In this document: positions 63,665 to 64,000 of the stretch, piece after piece | How positions within the stretch are numbered: position 1 is the stretch's first letter | Layout: every line of letters starts with the position of its first letter | Assembly (NCBI GenBank): GCA_963514005.1 | Contig: OY740796.1 | Coordinates: 35,712,001 to 35,776,000, forward strand | Reading direction: 5' to 3' | Source: Raja brachyura | Taxonomy: Eukaryota | DNA length: 64,000 nt | The notes under the pieces: model-generated | The model's database searches: none | What the model saw: only the letters and a program-made list of their open reading frames with translations | What the model was told of the DNA's origin: nothing | Program-made: the position numbers and the translations under genes

Positions 63665-63740
63665 ATCCTGGAGTATCTCAGTGGGACAGGCAGCATCTCT
63701 GGAGAGAAGGAATGGGTGTTGTTTTGGGTTGAGACTCTTC
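63665..63740 (-). mobile_element. Penelope-like terminal repeat fragment
   Basis: ctggagtatctcagtgggacaggcagcatctctggagagaaggaatgggtg. Confidence 0.7.
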
Positions 63741-64000
63741 GTGGCCTTGCCCTCAGTACCACCCCAATCTGGAAACCTCCAGTGGATTTGTGATCTGATG
63801 GAAATGTCAGGTGCTTGTAAAATATTCTCCCTGTTAAGCTCCTAAGAACATTACACTTTATTGGATGAGGTGAAGTTGGGTTTTTCATGACAGACTAATT
63901 TAGGATTACTGCTCAACAACCTCTGTAATCATAAAAGTTGATATGTAATAATTTGTCTTCCTGAAGAAAAATACAGTTTATCCCATTTCAAATCTTTTAT

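Noticed and set aside
1-64000. CRISPR arrays, operons, rRNA or true tRNA genes
   Set aside because: No regularly spaced repeat-spacer array and no prokaryotic gene density; tRNA-like A/B boxes occur only as SINE heads.

Overview
AT-rich, repeat-dense eukaryotic DNA. The repeat set (HE1/V-SINE-like and Deu-domain SINEs, CR1 LINEs with TTTCTATG tails, Penelope-like termini) suggests a cartilaginous fish, probably a skate or ray; this is inferred from recalled consensus sequences, not from a search. No host protein-coding gene was recognised. Best-supported features: two decayed Ty3/Gypsy proviruses with paired LTRs, PBS, PPT and TSD (Mag-like, gag-deleted, 3174-6710 +; CsRn1-like, 22594-26863 -), a solo LTR (49245-49699), a DD34E Tc1 relic (33226-34496), a non-autonomous Helitron (35721-36138), a Harbinger-like MITE (9343-9668) and a foldback element with ~360-bp TIRs (54106-54920). 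A CpG island at ~50.3-52.5 kb carries splice signals on both strands. The most striking signal is a dispersed ~100-150 bp repeat (about 15 copies) that is the 3' terminus of a Penelope-like element and contains a minimal hammerhead ribozyme motif (CTGAAGA-A-GGGTCTCGACCC-GAAACGTC). One young copy forms a perfect 95-bp-arm palindrome with an intact core on each strand, flanked by a 15-bp TSD and nested inside an older Penelope 3' end. Boundaries of SINE and LINE fragments are approximate.
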